A stretch of 27,840 nucleotides of DNA from Thermococcus sp. JdFR-02 (GCA_002009975.1 MTLP01000019.1:1-27840); one strand, 5' to 3'; counted from the stretch's first letter, positions 1 to 9,254 are shown. A program made the numbers and translations. The notes: a model not told the origin generated them from the letters alone.

Positions 1-239
<239 letters not shown>

Positions 240-291
240 TTTACCAAAAAACTAAGTAATAAACAAGAAATTGTAAAAAAATTGAAAGAAA

Positions 292-1251
292 TTATAGTTT
301 CTCAATTATCAAAATAGACTTTCCAAGTTCCTGTACCCTATACGTGTATCCATCATTCTCAAGGCTTTCTATTATAGATGATTTTTTGGGAAATTCTACA
401 AATTCCCTTGTCAATCTTTCAAAAAATTCCCAAGCTTCGATGTTTGGATAATTTTCCCTAAAAGGCTCTACAATTATCAACTTTCCCTTTTCTTCTAATA
501 CTTCCATTGCATTTTTCACAACCTTTTGGATGTTATCTACGTATTCCAAAACAAAGCTTATAATAACTATGTCATATCTAGTCTTGGGTCTTATCGCCTT
601 TATGTCTACTTCTTTTAAGGTAACCCAATCAAAACCTGAATTTTGAATCCTTTGTTTGGCAATGCTTATAATACCCGGTGAAAAATCAACACCCACATAT
701 TCTCCATTAGGACCTAAAAATTTTCCTATCTCAACCGGTGAGATAGATCCGCACCCTAGATCTAAAACTCTCATTTCATCTTTTATCTCACCGATAGAGA
801 CTATAATTCTCCTATATACGTTATTTAACTCTAAAGCAAGCCTCATATCCCAAAAATCAGCATCTTTATCAAAATCCATAAGTATCTTTGGATGTTGAGG
901 GGAAATGAAAGCATAATCTACCATTTTATATATCTCCTCAAATAGAGGAACCCAGTCAGGAAGCAAATATTTGTTATCTGCGCTATTTAATGCCAATATA
1001 TAAGAAAAATCACTACCTACGAGTTCATTAACTCCCTTTTCAAGGATACCTAATTTTGAATAAGTGTCGAGGAGAGATTTTAGTAACGGTTTATTTCTAA
1101 CAGGAATAGCTGTTAAAACATCAGAATAATGCCTTTTGGTTGTTAATTCTCTAAAGACACCATATTTTAGCCCAATCTGGATTAAATGTAGCATAGATAA
1201 CTGAACAATCATTGCCAAGTTTATATCCAATTTTTTGATTGAAGAGTTCAT
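292..1251 (-). CDS. Class I SAM-dependent methyltransferase, archaellum-operon associated
   Basis: VLDLGCGS motif I, VGVDFS motif II, YDIVII motif IV; about 130-aa N-terminal extension. ATG 1251 preferred over GTG 1260 because GAGGTG serves as RBS. Confidence 0.88.
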   Translation of the reverse strand: MNSSIKKLDINLAMIVQLSMLHLIQIGLKYGVFRELTTKRHYSDVLTAIPVRNKPLLKSLLDTYSKLGILEKGVNELVGSDFSYILALNSADNKYLLPDWVPLFEEIYKMVDYAFISPQHPKILMDFDKDADFWDMRLALELNNVYRRIIVSIGEIKDEMRVLDLGCGSISPVEIGKFLGPNGEYVGVDFSPGIISIAKQRIQNSGFDWVTLKEVDIKAIRPKTRYDIVIISFVLEYVDNIQKVVKNAMEVLEEKGKLIIVEPFRENYPNIEAWEFFERLTREFVEFPKKSSIIESLENDGYTYRVQELGKSILIIEKL

Positions 1252-1261
1252 TTTATGCACC

Positions 1262-1582
1262 TCACATGAACTTATTATAATATGTATGATAGGATCTTAA
1301 AAGCTCCACAACTTTCTTTCCATACTCAGAAAGGCGATAGTATTTAAATCCGCTATCTTCTATTATTTCAACCAAACCTAAGCTAACAAGCGAGCTATAA
1401 CCATTGTACCTATTTCCTAAACCCACTAGAGCCCCTTTAACATTTGAAGGGTCTGATTTAACCACCCTCGCGATTTCAGCCAAATAAGTTGCGTTGGGAT
1501 AGATCTCGTTTAGATACAAGAGGATTCTTTTTCTAAGTTCACTTCTATTGATAGAGCGAATTATGAACGGATCAATGAACAA
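1262..1582 (-). CDS. earA: Archaellum operon transcriptional activator EarA (winged HTH)
   Basis: IDPFIIRSINRSELRKRILLYL...YLAEIARVVKSDPSNVKGALVGLGNRY resembles the EarA family; lies upstream of flaB with TACATA boxes; TTG start after a G-run RBS. Confidence 0.9.
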   Translation of the reverse strand: MFIDPFIIRSINRSELRKRILLYLNEIYPNATYLAEIARVVKSDPSNVKGALVGLGNRYNGYSSLVSLGLVEIIEDSGFKYYRLSEYGKKVVELLRSYHTYYNKFM

Positions 1583-1718
1583 CTAAACCCCCCCCAATAG
1601 TACTATGGGATCGTTGTAATATCTGCAATAAGTATTGGTTAAATATTAGAAATTTTACTATATAAATTTTACCCTATGATATTTTATACAAAGATTTAAA
1701 AAAGATATGAAATTCAAA

Positions 1719-2945
1719 CTAGAAAAATTTCAATAATTTGGTAAATTTCCCAAGATCATATATCAAATCCCCATTAACAAAAACTTTTTCAACATCATTG
1801 CCCTTAGCTGAATAAACTAAATGTGACAAAATGTTATCCTTCGGTAGAAAATAAAGTTTTTTGGTATTAATCAAAACCAAGTCTGCCAAATACCCTTTCT
1901 CAATTAATCCAGCCTTAATTCCGAGAGCTTTTGCACCTCCAAGGGTTGCCCAGTAAAAAACTTCTTTTGCTTTTGCTTTGGTTGGATCGCCCATTTTTAC
2001 CTTGTTTAGAATTGCCGCAAACTTCATTTCTAAAATCATGTCCATAGTGTTATTGGAAACAGCACAATCATTTCCCAAAGCTATGTTTGTACCCTTTTCC
2101 CAAAGAGCGATTATTGGTGCAATTTCTCCCTCAAGCTTTGCTAAACTTGTAGGGCAATGAACTAAAGTTGCCCCACTTTGAGAGTAGATTTTCACTTCCT
2201 TCTCACTTAAATAAACCCCATGAACTCCAATGAAACTTTTTTCTAAAATACCAACATCCCTAAGGTACTCAACCGGCAAAAGTCCTTCTCTTCTTTTAAC
2301 TCTCAAAACCTCCTCTTTACTTTGAGAAACGTGCATGTGAATTAAAGCATTTTCTTTTTCAGCAAACTCTTTGATTTCACTTAAAAGTTCTTTTGAGCAG
2401 GTATCAGTTGCATGAGGAGCTAAGGTAGGAGTTATAAGCTCTTCCTTTTTCCATTCCTTAAAGAATTTAAATCCCTTTTTAAGATTCATTGTTTCCGGAC
2501 CTTGAATATCCATTACAGTGTGACCAATAAAAGCTCTAACACCTAATTCTTTAGCGGCTTTTGCAATTTCGTTTGCAAAGAAGTAGTGGTCATTAATTGT
2601 TGTGGATCCATTAGAAATAGCTTCAGCAATTCCTATTAGAGCCCATTTGTATATCTCTTCTTCACTCCATTCTTTTTCCATTGGCCAGATTACCTCATTA
2701 AGCCAAATATCTAAAGGCAAATCATCACCAAGTCCTCTAAACTTTGTCATTGCAACGTGAGTGTGAGCATTAATCAATCCGGGAATTAGAAGGTATCCCT
2801 CTCCGCCATAGATTTCGTCAATATCATAATCTTTTGTCCCTTCCCAATCAACTATATCATATATGATATTCCCTTCAATCAGAACAGCCTTATTTTTAAG
2901 CACCTTATTTGTATCAAGTATGTATTCAGCCAAAATTGCTTTCAT
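1719..2945 (-). CDS. Metal-dependent amidohydrolase, MtaD/TRZ-ATZ-like deaminase family; substrate uncertain
   Basis: PGLINAHTH metal motif, APHATDT, HMHVSQ, VHCPTS, ALGND, GYLADLV. Confidence 0.85.
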   Translation of the reverse strand: MKAILAEYILDTNKVLKNKAVLIEGNIIYDIVDWEGTKDYDIDEIYGGEGYLLIPGLINAHTHVAMTKFRGLGDDLPLDIWLNEVIWPMEKEWSEEEIYKWALIGIAEAISNGSTTINDHYFFANEIAKAAKELGVRAFIGHTVMDIQGPETMNLKKGFKFFKEWKKEELITPTLAPHATDTCSKELLSEIKEFAEKENALIHMHVSQSKEEVLRVKRREGLLPVEYLRDVGILEKSFIGVHGVYLSEKEVKIYSQSGATLVHCPTSLAKLEGEIAPIIALWEKGTNIALGNDCAVSNNTMDMILEMKFAAILNKVKMGDPTKAKAKEVFYWATLGGAKALGIKAGLIEKGYLADLVLINTKKLYFLPKDNILSHLVYSAKGNDVEKVFVNGDLIYDLGKFTKLLKFF

Positions 2946-3209
2946 TTTAGACACCAGTTAAAGTTATACCAAAAATAATTTAAATCTTTTTGGCATAATG
3001 ACAACAAAAATTGCGAAGTGCTTAAATAACAATTAGATGAGGTATCGCTGGAGAGATTGGACATGCCCATATTAATTGAACCAAGAAGATTAAGCTTTAA
3101 AACTTCAGTGTTGTGGATTAATAGTCTATTCTAAGTTAAGCTTAGGTTAAGTTAATAAAGGCTTTGTTTGAGATTTTGAAAAGATTTGAAAAGTTATGGA
3201 GGGATTAAG

Positions 3210-4502
3210 ATGATCGATAAGATTTATTGTGCTGAGATCAAACCTGAAATGGAAAGACAAAGGATAAAATTGGCTGGTTGGGTTTATAGAAAAAGGGAAA
3301 TTAAGGATAAGGTGTTTATAGTCTTAAGAGATTCGAGTGGAATAATTCAAATTGTTTTCAAAGAAGAGCTTAGTAAAGAAGCCTATGGAAAAGCAAGAAA
3401 AGTCGGGATTGAGAGCAGTATCATTGCTGAAGGTGTTGTAAAGCCAGATCCAAGAGCGCCTGGTGGAGTTGAGATTCAGGGAGATAGAATAGAGGTAATA
3501 AGTAATGTCGAATTCTTCCCAATCACAAAAGATGCAAGTGAAGAATTCCTCTTAGATGTTAGGCATCTTCACTTGAGAAGTCCAAAAGTAGCAGCAATAA
3601 TGAAAGTTAAAGCTACTCTAATGCAAGCGGCAAGAGAGTGGTTGCTCCAAGATGGCTGGTATGAAGTTTTCCCACCAATCTTCCTCACTGCTGCTGTTGA
3701 AGGTGGTTCAACACTATTTAAGCTCAAATATTTTGACAAAACTGCATATCTAAGTCAGTCAGCTCAACTTTATTTAGAAGCTGCCATATTTGGATTGGAG
3801 AAAGTATGGTCCTTAACTCCAAGTTTTAGAGCAGAGAAGAGTAGAACAAGAAGACACTTGACAGAATTTTGGCATCTTGAATTGGAAGCAGCTTGGATGG
3901 ATTTATGGGATATCATGAAAGTTGAAGAAGAGCTTGTAAGTTACATGGTTCAAAGAACTTTAGAGCTTAGAAGAAAGGAGGTTGAAACATTTAGAAAAGA
4001 TTTAACAACTTTAAAGAACGCAGAACCACCCTTCCCAAGAATCAGTTATGACGAAGCAATTGACATCTTGCAAAGCAAAGGAGTTCAAATTGAGTGGGGA
4101 GAAGATATGGGTGCAGATGAGGAGAGAGTTTTAACACAAGAATTTGACAGACCCTTCTTTGTTTATGGATATCCAAAACACATTAAGGCATTTTACATGA
4201 AAATTGACCCAGAAGATGAGAGAAAAGCTTTAGCCGCCGATATGCTTGCTCCAGAAGGATATGGGGAAATAATTGGAGGAAGTCAAAGAGAAGACAGCTA
4301 TGAAAAGTTAGTTCAAAGAATTATCGAAGAGGGCATGGATCCAAAAGATTACGAATGGTATCTTGATTTGAGAAAATATGGAAGCGTTCCACACAGTGGC
4401 TTTGGTTTAGGTGTAGAAAGATTGGTTGCCTGGGTTTTGAAATTGGATCACATCAAGTGGGCAACATTATTCCCAAGAACTCCTGCAAGGCTGTATCCAT
4501 AA
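3210..4502 (+). CDS. asnS: Asparagine--tRNA ligase
   Basis: OB-fold (LAGWV...FIVLRDSSG), AYLSQSAQLYLE, FRAEKSRTRRHLTEFWHLELE, EIIGGSQRE, PHSGFGLGVER; ATG 3210 follows GGAGGG. Confidence 0.95.
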   Translation: MIDKIYCAEIKPEMERQRIKLAGWVYRKREIKDKVFIVLRDSSGIIQIVFKEELSKEAYGKARKVGIESSIIAEGVVKPDPRAPGGVEIQGDRIEVISNVEFFPITKDASEEFLLDVRHLHLRSPKVAAIMKVKATLMQAAREWLLQDGWYEVFPPIFLTAAVEGGSTLFKLKYFDKTAYLSQSAQLYLEAAIFGLEKVWSLTPSFRAEKSRTRRHLTEFWHLELEAAWMDLWDIMKVEEELVSYMVQRTLELRRKEVETFRKDLTTLKNAEPPFPRISYDEAIDILQSKGVQIEWGEDMGADEERVLTQEFDRPFFVYGYPKHIKAFYMKIDPEDERKALAADMLAPEGYGEIIGGSQREDSYEKLVQRIIEEGMDPKDYEWYLDLRKYGSVPHSGFGLGVERLVAWVLKLDHIKWATLFPRTPARLYP

Positions 4503-4580
4503 AACCTCTATTTCTTTACTCTCTTTTCCAAAAACCGTAAGCTTTATAAATAAACTCCCTCTGATTTAACCTTGACCACT

Positions 4581-4658
<78 letters not shown>

Positions 4659-4888
4659 AGCTTTTCTAGAGAAAAGTTAATCGGAGATATTAATTTCAGA
4701 AAAGCAAAAATTCAATTCAAAGGTAGATCAATATATCAAAGCGCAACTTTTCTCTGTTATGGTTGGGGAGTATTCTTAATGGAAGAATATGCAATTCAAA
4801 AGAGTGTAGCAAGAATTATTGGAAAAATTGCTGAATGGCAGAAAAACTATTGGAGATAACTAATGCTCTGCTAAAAGGACAGAAATTC

Positions 4889-4965
4889 TGGCGGGCCGGC
4901 GGGGATTCGAACCCCGGACCGGCGGGTTAAGAGCCCGCTGCTCTACCAGGCTGAGCTACCGGCCC
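4889..4965 (-). tRNA. tRNA-Lys(CTT)
   Basis: Minus strand GGGCCGGTAGCTCAG...GCGGG-CT-CTT-AA-CCCGC...GTTCGAATC...CCGGCCC-G-CCA. Confidence 0.97.
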
Positions 4966-4989
4966 AAGTCCAATCCATTAAGGATTGAA

Positions 4990-5040
4990 TAATACTTATA
5001 AATCTTTCGGTTTTTAGCTATAGAAAAGTTTATAAGAGGC
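4990..5040. promoter_or_regulatory. Divergent BRE/TATA promoters for tRNA-Lys and tRNA-Leu
   Basis: Minus strand CCGAAAGATTTATAAG; plus strand GAAAAGTTTATAAG. Confidence 0.75.
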
Positions 5041-5067
5041 TTTGAATGGAAAATTAAGACAGCTCAT

Positions 5068-5155
5068 GCGGGGGTTGCCGAGCCTGGTCAAAGGCGCGGG
5101 ATTGAGGGTCCCGTCCCGCAGGGGTTCCGGGGTTCAAATCCCCGCCCCCGCACCA
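5068..5155 (+). tRNA. tRNA-Leu(GAG)
   Basis: GCGGGGG...CCCCCGC-A-CCA; anticodon arm CGGGA-TT-GAG-GG-TCCCG; long variable arm. Confidence 0.97.
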
Positions 5156-5577
5156 GAACGCTCGCTTTTCTTAGCAGGTCGAAGAGTTATTACTAACAAA
5201 GGCTGATTCTTTCCGAGATAGAGAACTTTCTTTTCCTTGTTTATGTAACAGTAATAGCTTCCATCTAAGACACTTTCTAAAAACTTCCTTGGCGTTGTTA
5301 TTTTTGCAAATCTCTCTTTTCCCCAAAATATGCATTCATAACTTTCATTTATTTTAGAAACTCTCATTTTAATCTCTTCTAAACCTAAGAACTCTCCCTC
5401 CAATTTAACACATACTAAGCTTTTTCTTTTATCAGAAAAGATAACAACTTTTTCATTAATTTCAATCTTTTCAGTGTTTTTTAAAAAGCTTAGAAGGGAG
5501 GAATAAATATGCTCAAGTTTTCTACTTTTTGCAAGTCTTTTGACTATACGTTCTTTAGCATGATGTGTGAGAAGCAA
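5134..5577 (-). CDS. Hypothetical protein with DUF4258/BECR RNase-like terminal motifs
   Basis: 147 aa, TTG start after GGTGGT; N-terminal [12 protein letters not shown] and C-terminal LLVITLRP; last 22 nt overlap tRNA-Leu antisense. Confidence 0.75.
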   Translation of the reverse strand: MLLTHHAKERIVKRLAKSRKLEHIYSSLLSFLKNTEKIEINEKVVIFSDKRKSLVCVKLEGEFLGLEEIKMRVSKINESYECIFWGKERFAKITTPRKFLESVLDGSYYCYINKEKKVLYLGKNQPLLVITLRPAKKSERSGAGAGI

Positions 5578-5613
5578 TTATACCACCGTTTATAACATTA
5601 TAGAAAACTTTTA

Positions 5614-5721
5614 TGGTGCCGGGGCGGGGCTTCGAACCCCGGACCTCTCGGTTTCTCAGGCTCCCCAATTAGGGAGCAGCCCTATGAGCCGAGCGCTCTG
5701 ACCAGGCTAAGCTACCCCGGC
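5614..5721 (-). tRNA. Elongator tRNA-Met(CAT) with a 30-nt intron (5653-5682)
   Basis: GCCGGGG...CTCGG-CTCATA-[GGGCTGCTCCCTAATTGGGGAGCCTGAGAA]-A-CCGAG...CCCCGGC-A-CCA; intron at 37/38 with bulge-helix-bulge (CTCA/TGAG helix). Confidence 0.95.
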
Positions 5722-5772
5722 ACGAGCCGTTTTATAGCTCAAAGCGTGTGGTATTTAAATTTTTCGCCCAAG

Positions 5773-6531
5773 CTAAATAAACTCCAATATGAGGTTTAAA
5801 AGCTCTTTACTGTTGACAGCTATAATGTTTAACTTCTCAGTGGCATTTAAGTCAAATTTTAGCTCTTTTCCTTGTTCATCCGTTACAATTGCACCTGCTT
5901 CTTTTGCTATAATTATACCCGCAGCAATGTCGGTAGGTCTTACATAGTTCCTAACATCTATAACCCCATCAATGCTGCCCCTTGAAAGGTAGGCTAGTTC
6001 AACCGCTATAGCTCCAAGAACCCTAACCCTCTTTACCTTTTGAATTAATTCTGCACCTTTTCCTCTGGTATACAAATCTATGGCAATCGATTGGGGATTC
6101 AATTCTCTAACTTTTATTTGCTCTCCATTCAGATAAGCACCTTCATTTACAATTCCTTCATATACATCCTTTGTTATAAACTCGTAGAGCATTCCATACA
6201 ATGGCTTTTCTTTTTTAAACACTGCAAAGCTGAATCCAAATACAGGAATACCTTGAATAAAGTTATAAGAACCATCCAAAGGATCTATTACAAGTGTATA
6301 GTCACTTCCAGCGTCGATATTCCCAACCTCTTCACTTACTAAATTTACATTTAAATTTTTAACATAATTAAGAACGATATTCTCTGCAATTTTGTCAACA
6401 AGCTTTGTTTTGTCCCCACTTGGGCTAACTCCAATAAATCTGCCTGCTTCTTTTTTTCCAAAGAGAGGCATTATTTCCCTCTCAATGTCTTTAGCTATCT
6501 GCAAAGCCAATTCATTCCACTCAAATTCCAC
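5773..6531 (-). CDS. suhB: Bifunctional inositol monophosphatase / fructose-1,6-bisphosphatase
   Basis: VSEE, IDPLDGSYNF, RVLGAIAVELAY, DIAAG motifs; probable GTG start at 6531 after GGTGA. Confidence 0.93.
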   Translation of the reverse strand: MEFEWNELALQIAKDIEREIMPLFGKKEAGRFIGVSPSGDKTKLVDKIAENIVLNYVKNLNVNLVSEEVGNIDAGSDYTLVIDPLDGSYNFIQGIPVFGFSFAVFKKEKPLYGMLYEFITKDVYEGIVNEGAYLNGEQIKVRELNPQSIAIDLYTRGKGAELIQKVKRVRVLGAIAVELAYLSRGSIDGVIDVRNYVRPTDIAAGIIIAKEAGAIVTDEQGKELKFDLNATEKLNIIAVNSKELLNLILEFI

Positions 6532-6541
6532 TTTAATCACC

Positions 6542-7339
6542 CTAAGCACTCATTAACATTCTCAACAAGTTCCTTGTCCCAGGAGCAAATCCCAAAATAA
6601 AAATAACCGTCCTAATAAAGTTCATCATCTCTATGTCCGCTTCACCTTCTTCAATTTCATCCATAAGCCACAGAGCAATGAGTAAAACGACGAACTTCAG
6701 CAAATACATCACAGCTGCAGTTCCGGTTAAGTTTATTAAATACCTTGGGAGGACATGTTGCTCCCAGTATCCCATAAAGTCAACGCCAACAAAAGTCGTT
6801 GAGGCATCATAAAAGTGGGCATAGAAAAGGTAAGAGTTTTTCTTGATTAACTCAACTCTTCTTGTTAGCAAATAAATAAAGCTCTCTGCAATGAATAAAG
6901 CAGGAATAAAGTATCTTAAAGGTTCAGTTGTTAAAATAATCCTATCAAGATTACTCAGCAATATTAGAAAATCAAGACATACTAAGCCCCAACCAAAGTA
7001 AAGAAAGTATCTCCTCCAATCTTTTAAGAGTCTGTGCGTTATCAAAAGAGATGAGAAAGTTATTACAAAAGTCAGGACATAAATTCCAGGGGTAACGGTG
7101 AGATACGTTCTTGGATATATTCCCGCATCTGTTAAAGCCCTTGTAAATGAGCCAAAAATCATGTAAGGTATCAAAGCTCTAAAAAAGGCATTGTCGTATT
7201 TGATTCCCAAACGTTTTAATATGCGAAAGACAAATATAGCGGCAATTCCGAGAATTATTGCGTAGGTTAGTGTGTTAACAACATTATACCCAGTGTTGTA
7301 TTTGATAGGATTAATGAAGTATTCCTCAATAACGCTCAT
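6542..7339 (-). CDS. DUF63-family multi-pass membrane protein
   Basis: GYNVVNTLTYA, AHFYDASTTFVG, YWEQHVLP, LGFAPGTRN; multiple hydrophobic segments. Confidence 0.85.
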   Translation of the reverse strand: MSVIEEYFINPIKYNTGYNVVNTLTYAIILGIAAIFVFRILKRLGIKYDNAFFRALIPYMIFGSFTRALTDAGIYPRTYLTVTPGIYVLTFVITFSSLLITHRLLKDWRRYFLYFGWGLVCLDFLILLSNLDRIILTTEPLRYFIPALFIAESFIYLLTRRVELIKKNSYLFYAHFYDASTTFVGVDFMGYWEQHVLPRYLINLTGTAAVMYLLKFVVLLIALWLMDEIEEGEADIEMMNFIRTVIFILGFAPGTRNLLRMLMSA

Positions 7340-7394
7340 GGTATCACCGAGAGATAAAATAAGTTAGCCTGCTATAAACTTTTAGGTGGTAAAA

Positions 7395-8435
7395 ATGCAT
7401 CTTATGGAATTACCAAGGGAAGTGCTTTTGGGAGAAGATTTGAAAGACAAAGTTAAGGAAGTTGCCAAAAGGCTAAAATTAGATGAGAAAGCTTTAGTTC
7501 TTTATGGTCCTAAAACTAAGAGAATTGCTGGAAAGGAAATTGAAAATTCTTTAAAAGAGGATTTTGAAGTTTTCAGCTTAACAATAAAAGATGCAAGTAT
7601 GAATGAGGTTAATAGAGCAATTAACTTTGTAAAAGATAATTCCATTGATTGGATTATTGGAGTTGGAGGGGGAAGTATAATTGATGTTGCAAAGTTAAGC
7701 TCTTTTAGAACTGAAATCCCGTTTATAAGTTTCCCAACAACTGCCTCTCATGACGGAATAGCCAGTGCAAATGCTTCAATAAAAGATTTAGGGACAAAAA
7801 CTTCAATAAAAGCAAAGCCTCCAATAGCAGTTATCGCAGATGTTAAGATTATCAAAACAGCACCTTATAGATACTTAGCAGCTGGAGTTGGAGACATAAT
7901 CTCAAATCTAACGGCTGTTAAAGATTGGCAACTAGCTCACAAGCTAAAAGGTGAATATTATAGTGAATATGCCTCTGCTTTATCCTTAATGAGTGCTAAG
8001 ATGGTCATTAAAAATGCAGATATTATCAAGCTGAGAAATGAGGAGAGTGTTAGAAAAGTTGTTAAAGGATTGATTTCAAGTGGGGTAGCAATGAGCATCG
8101 CGGGTTCTTCAAGACCTGCAAGTGGCGCTGAACATTTATTTAGCCATGCACTGGATATGCTATTGGAAAAGCCAGCTTTACATGGTGAGCAGTGTGGAAT
8201 AGGAACTATAATAATGGCTTACCTGCATGGCATGAATTGGATAAAAATTAGGGAAACCTTAAAGAGAGTCGGAGCTCCTACTAATGCTTATGAATTGGGA
8301 ATAGAGCCAGACTATATAATAGAAGCTTTGACAATTGCCCATACAATAAGACCTGAGAGATATACAATCTTGGGCAAAGATGGATTAACAAGAGAAGCTG
8401 CTGAAAAAGCAGCTAAAATAACGGGAGTAATATGA
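7395..8435 (+). CDS. egsA: sn-glycerol-1-phosphate dehydrogenase
   Basis: [46 protein letters not shown]. Confidence 0.96.
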   Translation: MHLMELPREVLLGEDLKDKVKEVAKRLKLDEKALVLYGPKTKRIAGKEIENSLKEDFEVFSLTIKDASMNEVNRAINFVKDNSIDWIIGVGGGSIIDVAKLSSFRTEIPFISFPTTASHDGIASANASIKDLGTKTSIKAKPPIAVIADVKIIKTAPYRYLAAGVGDIISNLTAVKDWQLAHKLKGEYYSEYASALSLMSAKMVIKNADIIKLRNEESVRKVVKGLISSGVAMSIAGSSRPASGAEHLFSHALDMLLEKPALHGEQCGIGTIIMAYLHGMNWIKIRETLKRVGAPTNAYELGIEPDYIIEALTIAHTIRPERYTILGKDGLTREAAEKAAKITGVI

Positions 8436-8460
8436 TCATCATTCATCGGAGGTGTTTGAA

Positions 8461-8886
8461 ATGGTAATCACGTTAGTTGGGGAAAAGCTGGCTAAACCAG
8501 GGGTTGAGTTCATTTATTATGGACCCGCAGACCCTTGTAAAACATGTAGATTAGCAAGGGTATGTGTTGGAAATTTAGAACCTGGAAGGAGGTATAAGGT
8601 GGTAAGGGTAAGAAATATAGAGCATTCTTGTCCGTTACATGAAGGGAAAGTCAGAGTGGTAGAAGTCGTTGAACCATCAATAGAAGTTGCAATAGAGCCA
8701 AGATTAGCAATAGTGGGTTCGAAGATAAAGCTAAGCTTTGCAGAATGTGATGACCCAGAGAAGATGAACATAATAAAGCCTGAAGGACTTTATGAAGGAG
8801 ACACCGTTAAAATCTTAGAGATTGTTGGAGACTTAAAATGCAATGAAAAAACCCTGAAAATCGTCAAAGTTATTAGGGAAAAATAG
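8461..8886 (+). CDS. UPF0179-family protein
   Basis: [15 protein letters not shown], CxxC...C...HxCPLH; ATG 8461 after GGAGGTG. Confidence 0.88.
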   Translation: MVITLVGEKLAKPGVEFIYYGPADPCKTCRLARVCVGNLEPGRRYKVVRVRNIEHSCPLHEGKVRVVEVVEPSIEVAIEPRLAIVGSKIKLSFAECDDPEKMNIIKPEGLYEGDTVKILEIVGDLKCNEKTLKIVKVIREK

Positions 8887-8935
8887 TGGCTTTTAATCTC
8901 ACTTTTCTTTTGCAAATTGTTATGTAGAAAGCAAA

Positions 8936-9052
8936 CTAGATTGCTTGAAGCTCTTCTACAATCTCCATCTCTTCAGAAATTTTCTTTCTCCTCTTTCTAT
9001 CCATTTCCATGATGTACAAATAACCTTTAACCACTGGAAGCCACATTTCCAT
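8936..9052 (-). CDS. Unannotated 38-aa small protein MEMWLPVVKGYLYIMEMDRKRRKKISEEMEIVEELQAI
   Basis: Below the ORF-track cutoff. Strong RBS GGAGGAGGTGA just upstream, BRE/TATA (GAAAACTTTTAAAA) near 9111-9124, purine-rich codons typical of the host genes. Confidence 0.75.
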   Translation of the reverse strand: MEMWLPVVKGYLYIMEMDRKRRKKISEEMEIVEELQAI

Positions 9053-9254
9053 ATCTCTCACCTCCTCCCATTTTTCTTGCATTACTCTATTAATAATATA
9101 ATAATGAAGATTTTAAAAGTTTTCTGCTCTCGAATTAACTGAAACGCCAATTTAACTTAAAAAGTCTCTAAAAAAGCTTAAATGCAAGAGTTTAATGTTC
9201 AATGAACTGAAGCATACATATTTGTAAAAACTTGATGTTTGCAAAAGATAGCAT

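Noticed and set aside
3186-4502. Assignment as aspartyl-tRNA synthetase
   Set aside because: YLSQSAQLYLE, RRHLTEFW and EIIGGSQRE match AsnRS rather than AspRS.
8400-8450. Box-C-like ATGATGA on the minus strand after egsA
   Set aside because: No D, D' or C' boxes at suitable spacing.
8945-9142. 65-aa plus-strand ORF
   Set aside because: His/Phe/Leu-rich, no RBS; it is the antisense shadow of the 38-aa minus-strand gene and its promoter.
9215-9220. Single TACATA in the spacer downstream of pxpC
   Set aside because: An isolated hexamer in AT-rich DNA is not enough to call an EarA site.
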